Shown here: positions 36,921 to 46,502 of the stretch, one piece after another | Layout of the letters: each line of letters starts with the position of its first letter | How positions within the stretch are numbered: the first letter of the stretch is position 1 | Assembly (NCBI GenBank): GCA_016178705.1 | Contig: JACOST010000028.1 | Span: 516,951 to 580,950 of the forward strand | Length of the DNA: 64,000 nucleotides | DNA from: Deltaproteobacteria bacterium | Lineage (GTDB): Bacteria; Desulfobacterota; Binatia; HRBIN30; JACQVA1 | Reading direction: 5' to 3' | Program-made: the position numbers and the translations under genes | The notes under the pieces: model-generated | What the model was told of the DNA's origin: nothing | The model's input: only the letters and a program-made list of their open reading frames with translations | The model's database searches: none

Positions 36921-37559
36921 ATGGACACTACAGAAACCGCGAGGCTCCGGAGATTCGCGCTGACGGCGGCCCTCCTCCTCATTACCTACGTAGAGGCGGG
37001 AATCGTTGTCGAACCCGATGCACGGATCTCGGTGTTCGGTGTTCCGGTTCATGTCGGGCGCCCTGATCTGCTTCCTGCCGGGCTCGCGCTCGCGGCGCTC
37101 TGCGGCGGCCTCCGCTTTTACTACTACGGTCTCATGCTTGCGACGAGCCCGCATCGAAAGCGCAGAGAACTCCTCAACGGTCTCACGGCCCATTTCGACG
37201 AATACATCCGGCCAGGAAAACCCATCAAGCCCGGCGCGGTCGTCTCCGGCACCAAGATTCCAATGTACTGGGGGCCGCAGAAGTTCGAGACAGCATCGCA
37301 CTATGACGAAGAGCTTGTGCGGAAGCGCGCCATGGCCTTCGACAATGTATTTCCAAAATTCGCTTGCAAGCGCGCATCCGCGCGAGTCGTGGGTGAAACG
37401 TTTCTTGATGATGAGGGCGAAACACATCAAAACTACTGCGTTGAAGTCATCGTGCCTCTACGTTGTCGTGCCGCAGCGATCTTCGAGGATCTCGACTACA
37501 CGGCTCCAGCGTGGGTGAGTGCTTGCGCCTTCCTGCTCTTTCTCCGGACGCTTGCTTGA
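36921..37559 (+). CDS. hypothetical membrane protein
   Basis: GAGGT RBS; two to three hydrophobic segments. Confidence 0.65.
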   Translation: MDTTETARLRRFALTAALLLITYVEAGIVVEPDARISVFGVPVHVGRPDLLPAGLALAALCGGLRFYYYGLMLATSPHRKRRELLNGLTAHFDEYIRPGKPIKPGAVVSGTKIPMYWGPQKFETASHYDEELVRKRAMAFDNVFPKFACKRASARVVGETFLDDEGETHQNYCVEVIVPLRCRAAAIFEDLDYTAPAWVSACAFLLFLRTLA

Positions 37560-37701
37560 CCGAGCCCATGCTCTCCCAATCCCTTTGCAACCGCTCCCCC
37601 CACGGAGCGGCGACCGGGGAAGGCGAGGGTCAACACTCGCATGGCGGCCTTTGTTTCCTTGCAGTTGACACATGCGGGCAGTTTCACCCCGAAGGTGAGC
37701 G

Positions 37702-38358
37702 ATGACCCAGACCTCCGATCCCGCTCAGTTCTTTGCGGATAGAAGCCGAAGCTACGTTCGTTTCGTCCGCTCCGTGCGCTATCCGCAAGGGCTTCGCGGC
37801 TTCTTCCTGAGTTCGCCGTTGCTCCGTTCCGATCTCCGGGTACTTGACGCGGGCTGTGGGACCGGCATCGTCACGCTCGCGTTGCGCGAGGCTCTCCTGC
37901 GTCGCGGCCTTCGTCCTGGAATCACACACGGCTTCGATCTCACTCCGGCGATGATCGAGCGCTTCCGCCAGTCGCTGCGAACGCGGGCGATCGAAAACGT
38001 GGACCTCGTGCAGGCCGATGTCCTTCGACTGGATACGCTTCCGACTTCCTGGAACAACTACGACCTCATCGTTTCAGCCTCGATGTTGGAATACGTTCCG
38101 CCGAATCGATTGGTCGACGCGCTGCGCGGGCTGCGTGGACTGCTGAACGAAGAGGGCACGCTCTTGCTCTTCATCACGCGACGAAACTGCCTGACGCGGC
38201 CACTCATCGGCCACTGGTGGGCGTCGAATCTCTACACCGCGCAAGAGATCGAGGAAGCATTCCGTCAGGCGGGCTTCTCAGCGATCGCCTTCCGGAACTT
38301 CCCGCTCGCGGTCGCCTACCTTGCTCTGTGGGGTCATATCGTCGAGGCGCGACGCTGA
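37702..38358 (+). CDS. class I SAM-dependent methyltransferase
   Basis: VLDAGCGTG, GFDLT, YDLIVSASMLEY. Confidence 0.88.
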   Translation: MTQTSDPAQFFADRSRSYVRFVRSVRYPQGLRGFFLSSPLLRSDLRVLDAGCGTGIVTLALREALLRRGLRPGITHGFDLTPAMIERFRQSLRTRAIENVDLVQADVLRLDTLPTSWNNYDLIVSASMLEYVPPNRLVDALRGLRGLLNEEGTLLLFITRRNCLTRPLIGHWWASNLYTAQEIEEAFRQAGFSAIAFRNFPLAVAYLALWGHIVEARR

Positions 38359-38409
38359 GGGCGTTCGCATGTGCCCACCCCGCCGCAGTCTCGATGAGAC
38401 AAAAGAAGG

Positions 38410-38553
38410 TTCACCGCAGAGAACACCGAGGGCGCCGAGCCGCGCGAGAATTCACCCTGCATAGCAAATCTCATTGGGGATGACCTTTCGATCGCTGATG
38501 CGGTGATGCGATTGGTCGAGGTTCTCTGCGGTCTCGGCGATCTCGGCGGTGAA
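38410..38553. repeat. 30-bp imperfect inverted repeat built from 9-bp periodic units
   Basis: TTCACCGCAGAGAACACCGAGGGCGCCGAG ... CTCTGCGGTCTCGGCGATCTCGGCGGTGAA. Confidence 0.75.
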
Positions 38554-38675
38554 TCGGTCTTCCGGCACGTGCCGGCTTGGCTCAGTCGCACCAGTGTGCT
38601 TTCATACCGCTCAAGGATGGGCGGGGTGGACTACGAAGGTAATTTGAATCGACGCAATCCCCTCCGAAAACTTCT

Positions 38676-39752
38676 GTGAACAAATCCTTCATCGTTGGTG
38701 TGCGTCTGCTGATCGCGACGCTCGTGGTGGCCAGTTCAACCGCTTACGCGCGGCAGTGGACGGAGGAGGACTTCCTCCACAAGCGCGGCGCCGCGCACTT
38801 CATGATCGTCGCCGGCAACGATTGGCGCGCCACGCAGTCGGTCGTCGGCAGCACGCGCTTCTACCAAGTGCAGCAAGGCGATACGTTCCTCGATCTCGCG
38901 CGCTACAACGGCCTCGGTTACAACGAGTTGGTCGAAGCCAATCCCGGCGTCGATGTGTGGATACCGCCCCCCGGGCAAGTGATCCTGCTGCCGACCGAGT
39001 TCGCCTTGCCCGACGTGAGCCCGCGCGGCGTGGTCGTCAACATTCCGGAGATGCGGCTGTACTACTTCCACAAGCGTCCCAACGAGCAGACGCCACTACT
39101 CGTCACCACCTACCCGGTCGGACTCGGGCGCGACGATTGGAAGACGCCGGTCGGTACGTTCAAGGTGGTCGAGAAGACCGTCAACCCACGATGGATCTTG
39201 CCCGAATCGATCCGTGCCGAGCATCGCAAGGACGGCCGGCCGGCGCCGCCGTTCATCGAGGGCGGTGATCCGGAGAATCCGCTCGGCAAGTATCGCTTGC
39301 GGCTGACGCTGCCGCTCTACGGCATCCACGGCACTGACATCCCGTGGGGTGTCGGCATGCAGGTCAGTCACGGCTGCGTGCGTTTGTATCCCGAGGACAT
39401 CGAACAGCTCTTTCCCCTGGTGTCGGTGGGCGACCCCGGCGAGTTCGTCTATCAGCCGGTCAAGATCGGATCGCGCAACGGTGAGATCTACGCCGAGGTG
39501 CACAAGGACATCTACAATCTGACGCCAGGTCCGTACCGTGAGGCGCAACGATTGTTGCAAAAATTCGGTTGGGCCAATCGGGTCGACGATGCTCGGCTCC
39601 GTCGCGCGATCACCGAGGAGTCGGGTGCTCCCATCTTGATCTCGCGCGATGCGGCGAGCGATGCGGTGGTGGAAGAGCGATTTCGCCCGCGGCCCACGCC
39701 AGCGCGCGTCGAGGGCGTCACGCCAGCCGTGCAAGCCGCGAAACCACGCTGA
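38676..39752 (+). CDS. L,D-transpeptidase (ErfK/YbiS/YcfS family, LysM-containing)
   Basis: YQVQQGDT...EANPGVD, VVNIPEMRLY, YPVGLG, IHGT...SHGCVRL. Confidence 0.94.
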   Translation: MNKSFIVGVRLLIATLVVASSTAYARQWTEEDFLHKRGAAHFMIVAGNDWRATQSVVGSTRFYQVQQGDTFLDLARYNGLGYNELVEANPGVDVWIPPPGQVILLPTEFALPDVSPRGVVVNIPEMRLYYFHKRPNEQTPLLVTTYPVGLGRDDWKTPVGTFKVVEKTVNPRWILPESIRAEHRKDGRPAPPFIEGGDPENPLGKYRLRLTLPLYGIHGTDIPWGVGMQVSHGCVRLYPEDIEQLFPLVSVGDPGEFVYQPVKIGSRNGEIYAEVHKDIYNLTPGPYREAQRLLQKFGWANRVDDARLRRAITEESGAPILISRDAASDAVVEERFRPRPTPARVEGVTPAVQAAKPR

Positions 39753-39833
39753 CGTTGTGGACAACCCTTCGCATTCCCAACGTGCTCCCTTTCCCGTGCG
39801 TCTCCGTGTCTCTGCGGCGAGAACCTTTCTGCC

Positions 39834-39988
39834 AGCAGCCCGTTGAAAAGTGCGGCGCCCTTCGAGACGGCGCTTCGCGCCTCCTCAGGGTGAGCGGGAA
39901 AATGTTGTGGCAGAAGGGAAGAACCGCTCATGCTGAGGAGCGCCGACAGGCGCGTCTCGAAGCATGCGGAGTTCTTCAACAGGCTGCT
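39834..39988. mobile_element. MITE-like element: terminal inverted repeats enclosing an inverted pair of palindromic repeats
   Basis: AGCAGCCCGTTGAAAA ... TTCTTCAACAGGCTGCT; inner CTTCGAGACG..CTCCTCAGGGTGAGCGG / CCGCTCATGCTGAGGAG..CGTCTCGAAG. Confidence 0.7.
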
Positions 39989-39992
39989 AGTT

Positions 39993-40838
39993 CTAGTTGC
40001 CCATCGCCAGCGGCGTACCGAGACAGAAACAGCGCGAGGCGACGGTGGGATCGGTCCGTCGTACCTCCTCACAACCGAGCTCGGTCCGGAACACCGTGCC
40101 CTGGACATCAGAGACTGTGACGATGCGGCGTGTCGGTGGAAACGTCTGTGGGTGCGGGTACGCATAGTAACCCCACACGGTGCACGTCAGCGCGGCGCTC
40201 AGCCGATACTGCAGCACGTTCACCTGGTCGTTGAGGGTCTGGTTCTCTTGCGCCAGTTGAGCTTGGCGCTCGCGCTGTGCGGCGGCGCGGCTGGCGACCT
40301 CTTCGGACTCCTTGCCGATGCGATCGAGTTCCTGCACCAGCACATTGTTCTCCTGCCGCAGCGCGGCGAGTTCTTCGTTCAGCGCGGCGTTCTCCGCCTC
40401 GCTTTGTTCGCGCTCGGCTTTGAGCGCGCTCAGCGACGCGTTGAGTTTGGTGAGCCGGGGTTCCGCCACCGGGCTCGGACTGGGAGTTGGCGATGCGGCG
40501 GCGACTGCAAAGCGCCGCTCGCTTTGAATTAGCGCCCCAAAAAACGGCGCGCGCACTTTCAATCGGTAGATGCCCGGTTCCGGAAGATCGGCGGCCGTCA
40601 ATTCGAACGGCGATCGTTGCAGGCCCAAGTCGCGCGGACTGCCGTCATCGCCGTGGAGCGAGAGCGCGAGTCGCGGTGGCCCATCCCACTGCACCACCAG
40701 CGGCAACGACACCAGCGCCCCTTCGCCGGGCGAGAGGATGGCTGGCTGCAGCAACCGGTAGAGCGGGGTGTCCAAGTACAGTTCGATCAACAGCAGGGCC
40801 GCTATCGTAACCGCCACGATCTCCAAGGTCCGCCGCAC
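39993..40838 (-). CDS. membrane-anchored coiled-coil protein with Cys-containing C-terminal domain
   Basis: N-terminal TM helix, beta-rich domain, long heptad region, four C-terminal Cys. TATAAT overlaps ATG 40847, which favours the GTG 40838 start. Confidence 0.7.
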   Translation of the reverse strand: MRRTLEIVAVTIAALLLIELYLDTPLYRLLQPAILSPGEGALVSLPLVVQWDGPPRLALSLHGDDGSPRDLGLQRSPFELTAADLPEPGIYRLKVRAPFFGALIQSERRFAVAAASPTPSPSPVAEPRLTKLNASLSALKAEREQSEAENAALNEELAALRQENNVLVQELDRIGKESEEVASRAAAQRERQAQLAQENQTLNDQVNVLQYRLSAALTCTVWGYYAYPHPQTFPPTRRIVTVSDVQGTVFRTELGCEEVRRTDPTVASRCFCLGTPLAMGN

Positions 40839-41081
40839 AGTCGGCATTATAGGTCAATCGCCGGGCGCGCGACTACCCCGGCTCTCGCAATTGGAGCGCT
40901 TGCGAAGGGCTCGCGCAGCGGCCAGAAACTTGACTCAGTGGAACATCCCGGTTAAGCGTCAACGGCTTTTCGACAGGATAAATCAAAGGCGTTTCACGGT
41001 GGATAGCGATGGGTTGGAACGACGGATGCCCGCGTCGACGCCGTTGAACCCTCGACCCGCGAACCGCTGAACCCCTCACCG

Positions 41082-42338
41082 ATGCGCTACGAGTTGTTCA
41101 TTGGCCTGCGCTACTTGCGCGCGAAGCGCAAGGAAGCCTTCGTGTCGCTGATCACCATCATGTCGATCTTCGGCGTACTGATCGGCGTGATGACACTCAA
41201 CATCGCGCTGGCGATCATGACCGGCCTCGAAGAGGACCTGCGCGACCGCATCCTCGGCTTCAATCCCCACGTCGTCGTGTTGAGCTACAGCGACAACATC
41301 CCGAGCTACCAATCGGTGGTCGACCGCATCCAAACCATCCCCGACATCGTGGCGGTGGAGCCGTTCGTCTACGGGCAGGTGATGCTGTCGACGCAACAGA
41401 ACATGTCCGGCGTCGTGGTGCGCGGCGTGCTCCCGGCACGCGGCGGCGCGGTGGATTTGGAGCGCTACCTGTCGCAAGGCCACCTCGAAGATCTCGCCAC
41501 GCTCCACACGGTGCAACGCGATCCCGGGATCGGCGGCACCGTGCAGTTGCCCGGCCTCATTGTCGGCAAGGAGCTGGCCCGGCAACTCAGTCTGGTGATT
41601 GGCGATCCGGTCAGCGTAGTCTCCCCGATGGGCACGCCGAGCGCGGCCGGATTGGTGCCGCGAGTGCGGCGCTTCGCGGTGGTGGGCGTGTTCGACTCGG
41701 GTATGTCGGAGTACGACGCCTCGCTGGTGTACATGAGCATCGTCGATGCGCAGCGGTTTTTCGATCTCACCGACGCCGCCACCGGCATCGAGATCCGCGT
41801 GCGCGATCTCTACCAAGCCAGCCGCGTCGCGGCGGCGGTTAGCAAGGAACTCGGCTTTCCCTACCGCGTACGCGATTGGATGGAGGTGAACCACAATCTG
41901 TTCTCGGCCCTCACGTTGGAAAAGACCGTGTACTTCATCGTGCTGATGCTGATCATCTTGGTGGCCGCGTTCAACATCGTGGCGACGCTGATAATGGTGG
42001 TGATGGAGAAACGCAAGGACATCGCGATTCTCAAATCGATGGGAGCGACCGCCACCAGCGTGGCGCGGGTTTTCGTCTACAAAGGCCTGATCATCGGCGT
42101 CGTCGGGACGCTGCTCGGCAACCTCGGTGGCTATCTGGGTTGTGTGGCGCTGCAACGCTACGAGTTCATCAAGCTGCCGGCCGATGTGTTCTACGTCTCC
42201 ACGGTACCGGCCAAGATGTATCCGGAGTACTTCGCGGCGGTGACGTTGGCGTCGCTGCTGATCTGTCTGCTGGCCACCATCTATCCCGCGCGTCAAGCGG
42301 CCCGCCTCGTGCCGGTCGATGTCATCCGCTATGAGTGA
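41082..42338 (+). CDS. lolE: lipoprotein-releasing ABC transporter permease LolC/E
   Basis: YELFIGLRYL, DWME.N.NLFSAL.LEK, VAAFNI, DIAILKSMGA, IYPA.QAA...PVDVIRYE. Confidence 0.92.
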   Translation: MRYELFIGLRYLRAKRKEAFVSLITIMSIFGVLIGVMTLNIALAIMTGLEEDLRDRILGFNPHVVVLSYSDNIPSYQSVVDRIQTIPDIVAVEPFVYGQVMLSTQQNMSGVVVRGVLPARGGAVDLERYLSQGHLEDLATLHTVQRDPGIGGTVQLPGLIVGKELARQLSLVIGDPVSVVSPMGTPSAAGLVPRVRRFAVVGVFDSGMSEYDASLVYMSIVDAQRFFDLTDAATGIEIRVRDLYQASRVAAAVSKELGFPYRVRDWMEVNHNLFSALTLEKTVYFIVLMLIILVAAFNIVATLIMVVMEKRKDIAILKSMGATATSVARVFVYKGLIIGVVGTLLGNLGGYLGCVALQRYEFIKLPADVFYVSTVPAKMYPEYFAAVTLASLLICLLATIYPARQAARLVPVDVIRYE

Positions 42339-43011
42339 CGCGCCGTTGATTCGCGCAGTGGGCCTGACGAAAGTTTACGGCGACGGCGGCCACACGGTGC
42401 CCGTGCTCACCGGCCTCGACCTCGAAGTGCAAGCTGGAGAGATGGTGGTCATCGTCGGCGAGTCGGGCGTCGGCAAGAGCACACTGCTGCACATCCTGGG
42501 AGCGCTCGATCGGCCCACGTCGGGACAAATTTATTTCGACGGCACGGATCTCGCCACGCTCGGCGAGCGCGAGCTGGCGGGGCTGCGCAATCGCGAGGTC
42601 GGCTTCGTATTCCAGTTTCATCATTTGCTGCCCGACTTCAGTGCACTTGAGAATGCGATGATGCCGGCGCTGATTCGCGGCGACTCTTTCGAACAGGCTG
42701 CGACGCGGGCGCAGGAACGGCTGACGCAAGTCGGACTCGCCGATCGCTTGACCCACAAGCCGGGCGAGTTGTCGGGTGGCGAGCAGCAGCGCGTGGCGAT
42801 CGCACGGGCTGTCGTGGGCTCGCCGCGTGTGATCTTGGCCGACGAACCGACCGGCAACCTCGATCCAGCCACCGCCGATAGTGTCCACACTCTGTTGGTG
42901 GAGTTGAACAAAGGCCACGGGATTACCTTCGTGATCGTCACGCACAACGAACGGCTGGCGGCGCTGGCCGATCGGACGTTGCGGCTCTATCACGGAGCCC
43001 TGACGTGTTGA
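42331..43011 (+). CDS. lolD: lipoprotein-releasing ABC transporter ATPase
   Basis: GESGVGKSTLLH, GFVFQFHHLLPDFSALEN (LolD motif), LSGGEQQR, DEPTGNLD. Confidence 0.93.
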   Translation: MSDAPLIRAVGLTKVYGDGGHTVPVLTGLDLEVQAGEMVVIVGESGVGKSTLLHILGALDRPTSGQIYFDGTDLATLGERELAGLRNREVGFVFQFHHLLPDFSALENAMMPALIRGDSFEQAATRAQERLTQVGLADRLTHKPGELSGGEQQRVAIARAVVGSPRVILADEPTGNLDPATADSVHTLLVELNKGHGITFVIVTHNERLAALADRTLRLYHGALTC

Positions 43012-43094
43012 GTCGCGGCGTGGCCCGGCCGCGCTTTACAGCGAGCAAGGCGTTTGGTAGCCAATCGCTCCAATCAAGCGTGCGGAGAGCGTGG

Positions 43095-45443
43095 GTGCGT
43101 GCACTGCCGATGATACTGCTGGTGGGGCTCGTGCTCCACATCGCCAACCGGCCGGGTCTCGCGGCAATGGTCGGCGACGGGCACCTCATCGTTTCGCGGG
43201 TCATCATCGCCGGCAACCAGCGCGTGGAGGAAGAAGCCATTCGTGTGCAACTGCGCATGCGCGCCGGGGCCGCCTACGATCCCGCGACGGTCGACGCTGA
43301 CGTGCGCGCCCTCTACAAAATGGGCTTCTTCGACAATGTGCAGGCCGATCTGTCGCAGCAAGGCGGTGCCGAGCAGGCCGATCAATTTATCCTCACCTAC
43401 CAGGTCACCGAGCGGCCGCAGATCAAAACTGTGGAGTTGGAAGGCAACAAAAAGATTGACAAGGAAGAACTCGAAAACGCCCTCAAGATTCGCCCACACA
43501 CCATTCTCGATCCGATCAAAGTGCGCCACGGCATCGAGGAAGCGCGCAAGCTGTACGAGGCGAAGGGCTACCTCGACGCGAAAATCACCTACACCGCCGT
43601 GCCGCTCGGCAACAACGAAGTGACCATGAAGTTGCTGGTGGACGAGGGCAAGATCATTCGCATCGACGAGATCATCTTCGAGGGCGCTCGCAAGATCCCG
43701 CCCAGCACCTTGCGCAAAGTGATGCAGACCAAGGAGAAATGGATCTTCTCCTTCATCACCGGTGCCGGCACGCTCGACCGCGACGTTCTCAAGACCGATG
43801 TCGAACGGCTCACCGCCTACTACTACGATCAGGGTTATATCGACGTGCGCATCGATGAACCGGTGATCGAGCGCAAAGGGGACGGGCTGTTCGTCACTAT
43901 CAAGATCGACGAGGGCGACATTTACAAAGTGGGCAAGGTCGACATCGCCGGCGATCTGGTGGCGGACATCGACGGCGCTCGCAAAGATCTCAGCTTGATA
44001 TCGGGCGAAACGTTTCGCACCAGCAAGCTGCGGGAGGACATCAACAAGCTGACGGAGTTCTACGGTGATCGCGGGTACGCCTTCGTCAACGTCGCGCCGG
44101 AAACCCAGGGAACCCCCGGCGAGAAGGTCATCAGCGTCACTTACAAGGTCAGCATGGGCCCCGCGGTCACGTTCAACAAGATCGAGATCACCGGCAACGT
44201 TAAGACCCGCGACAAAGTCATTCGCCGCGAACTGGCGGTGCAAGAGCAACAGCTGTTCTCCGGCTCCGGTTTGCGGCGGAGTCAGGAGAAACTGCGCCGC
44301 CTCGGATTCTTCGAGGACGTGAACCTGACGACCCGCAAAGCGGAAGGCGAGGATCGGCTCGATTTGCTGGTGGATGTGAAGGAAGGATCGACCGGGACGT
44401 TCTCGGCGGGCGCCGGGATCAGTTCGGGTGAGTCGTTCCTGTTCAACGTGCGGTTGTCAGAAATCAACTTGTTTGGCCGCGGCCAGCGTCTGGTGCTCAA
44501 CACCGACATCGGATCGCTCCGCCGACAGATTCAGTTGACCTTCACCGAGCCGCATTTCCTCGACACCGAGCTCAGCCTCGGCGTCGACGCGTTCAACTGG
44601 CAACTGATCTTCGATCAGTTCACCCGCGCCGGTACCGGTGGATCGATTCGGACGCTCTATCCGTTTTCGGCGTTGGGCTGGAACAAGCTGTGGGGCTTCT
44701 CGCTTGAGGACACGCGCGTGGGTCTCGAGTATCACATCGAAGACGTGACGATTAAGAATGTCGCCTCGGGGGCGTCCGTCAGCATTCTCGAAGCGGAGGG
44801 GACCAGCGTAGTCAGCAGCATCATCCCGCGGTTGTATCGCGACACGCGCAACCACCCCTTCGATCCCACCGGCGGATCGCTGCAAGACTTCTCACTCGAG
44901 GTGGCGGGAATCGGGGGCAATGCACGGTACATCAAGCCGGAGGTGCGCTTGCGTTCGTACTTCCCCTTTTACAAGAGTCCGACACTCGGCACCTTCGTGT
45001 TTGCGCCCGGCCTGACATTCGGGTACGGGCTCGGCTATGGAGGCCAGACCGATTTGCCGCTGTTCGAACGGTATTTCCCCGGCGGCATCAATTCGGTGCG
45101 CGGATTCAAAGTGCGCTCGCTCGGGCCGCTCGAGCAACTCTTCAACTCCCGTGGCCAGTCACTGGGTTTCGACGAGATCGGTGGGAGCCAGCAACTGATC
45201 TTCAACGAAGAAGTGATCTTTCCGATCGTCGAGTCGCTGGGGTTGAAGGGTGTCGTCTTTTTTGATGCCGGCAACGCGTTCGCCAATGGGATCGAGTTCA
45301 GTGAGCTGCGCCCGACAACGGGCGGGGGCATCCGCTGGTTGTCGCCGATCGGTCCGTTGCGGATCGAACTTGGCTTCCCGCTCAATTCGCGGCCGGGCGA
45401 CCAAACCAGCACGGTGTCGTTCTCGTTCGGCGGGCCGCCGTAA
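43095..45443 (+). CDS. bamA: outer membrane protein assembly factor BamA
   Basis: Five POTRA-like segments, GNVKTRDKVIRRE, NLFGRGQ, VRGF, WLSPIGPL. Start uncertain (43005, 43095 or 43110). Confidence 0.95.
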   Translation: MRALPMILLVGLVLHIANRPGLAAMVGDGHLIVSRVIIAGNQRVEEEAIRVQLRMRAGAAYDPATVDADVRALYKMGFFDNVQADLSQQGGAEQADQFILTYQVTERPQIKTVELEGNKKIDKEELENALKIRPHTILDPIKVRHGIEEARKLYEAKGYLDAKITYTAVPLGNNEVTMKLLVDEGKIIRIDEIIFEGARKIPPSTLRKVMQTKEKWIFSFITGAGTLDRDVLKTDVERLTAYYYDQGYIDVRIDEPVIERKGDGLFVTIKIDEGDIYKVGKVDIAGDLVADIDGARKDLSLISGETFRTSKLREDINKLTEFYGDRGYAFVNVAPETQGTPGEKVISVTYKVSMGPAVTFNKIEITGNVKTRDKVIRRELAVQEQQLFSGSGLRRSQEKLRRLGFFEDVNLTTRKAEGEDRLDLLVDVKEGSTGTFSAGAGISSGESFLFNVRLSEINLFGRGQRLVLNTDIGSLRRQIQLTFTEPHFLDTELSLGVDAFNWQLIFDQFTRAGTGGSIRTLYPFSALGWNKLWGFSLEDTRVGLEYHIEDVTIKNVASGASVSILEAEGTSVVSSIIPRLYRDTRNHPFDPTGGSLQDFSLEVAGIGGNARYIKPEVRLRSYFPFYKSPTLGTFVFAPGLTFGYGLGYGGQTDLPLFERYFPGGINSVRGFKVRSLGPLEQLFNSRGQSLGFDEIGGSQQLIFNEEVIFPIVESLGLKGVVFFDAGNAFANGIEFSELRPTTGGGIRWLSPIGPLRIELGFPLNSRPGDQTSTVSFSFGGPP

Positions 45444-45489
45444 GGACAATACGCACTATCGAGGTGTACAGAGGAATGGAGGCAAGGAC

Positions 45490-46038
45490 ATGAAGTGGGT
45501 TGTAGGGGCCGTGCTGCTGGGGCTCGTCGTTCCGGCGTGGGCCGAGGGCTCGCCGAAGATCGGTTACGTCGATCTACAGCGCGCGCTCAACGAGTCGGAA
45601 GCGGGCAAGAAGGCGCGTGAGGATTTCAAGGGTCAGGTCGACAAGGCACAGGCCGGCTTGAAGAAGCAAAAGGAAGAGGTCGAGGCATTGCGCGAGCAGC
45701 TCGAGAAGAAGGCGCTGGTGATGAAGGAAGAAGAGCGCGGCAACCTCGAGAAGGATCTCGGCCGCAAAGGGCGCGACTTCGAGCGCTCGTACAAGGATTC
45801 GCAGGCCGAGCTGCAAGCCAAGGACAACGAACTCACGGCCGTGATCCTGCGGGAGCTGCAGGTAGTGATCAAGGCCTTCGGCGATCACGAGGGCTATACG
45901 ATGATCTTCGAGAGCTCCAGTAACGCCATGCTGTACGGCGCCAAGGACGTGGATCTCACCGAGCAGATCATCCAGCTGTACAACGGCCAAAGCGGTGGCA
46001 AGAGCCGCGCGAAGACCAAGGACAAGGAGAAGGAGTAA
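45490..46038 (+). CDS. skp: periplasmic chaperone Skp/OmpH
   Basis: Signal peptide, KIGYVDLQRAL.ESEAGK, coiled coil, DLT..II; directly after bamA. Confidence 0.92.
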   Translation: MKWVVGAVLLGLVVPAWAEGSPKIGYVDLQRALNESEAGKKAREDFKGQVDKAQAGLKKQKEEVEALREQLEKKALVMKEEERGNLEKDLGRKGRDFERSYKDSQAELQAKDNELTAVILRELQVVIKAFGDHEGYTMIFESSSNAMLYGAKDVDLTEQIIQLYNGQSGGKSRAKTKDKEKE

Positions 46039-46502
46039 TGGCGGCCGGCGATGGCGGCTTCGATCATCATGAGATCGCCCGCCTGCTTCCGCATCGCTAC
46101 CCATTTCAGTTCGTCGATCGCGTCGTCGAGTTCGTTGATGGCCAGCGCATCGTTGCGCTCAAAAATCTCTCGCTGCTCGATCCGTTCTTCCGCGGCCACT
46201 TCCCCGACAACCCGGTGATGCCGGGCGTCCTGATCTGCGAAGCCTTGGCGCAGGCGGGCGCCCTACTCGCGCATCGCTCGACCGACGGTGTGCCGCCGGA
46301 AGCCGGTGTGGTGCTGAGCGGCCTCGACAACGTGCGCTTCCGCCGCCCGGTGGTGCCCGGCGATCAGCTGCGACTCGAAGTCACCATCACGCGCCGTCAT
46401 CGCCCCTTGTGGCGCTTGCATGGGCGCGCGACCGTCGACGGGCAACTCGTGGCCGAAGCGGACATCCTCGCCATGGAAGTCAGCCGGAGCCGTCGTGCCT
46501 AA
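46038..46502 (+). CDS. fabZ: 3-hydroxyacyl-ACP dehydratase
   Basis: LPHRYPF..VDRV, FFRGHFP..PVMPGVLI.EALAQ, FRRPVVPGD. Confidence 0.96.
   Translation: MAAGDGGFDHHEIARLLPHRYPFQFVDRVVEFVDGQRIVALKNLSLLDPFFRGHFPDNPVMPGVLICEALAQAGALLAHRSTDGVPPEAGVVLSGLDNVRFRRPVVPGDQLRLEVTITRRHRPLWRLHGRATVDGQLVAEADILAMEVSRSRRA

Noticed and set aside
35457-38400. Intact prophage or ICE at tRNA-Leu
   Set aside because: No integrase, attR duplication, phage or conjugation genes.
40930-40958. Sigma70 promoter for the lol-bam-lpx operon
   Set aside because: TTGACT is present but the -10 at correct spacing (TAAGCG) is too weak to call.
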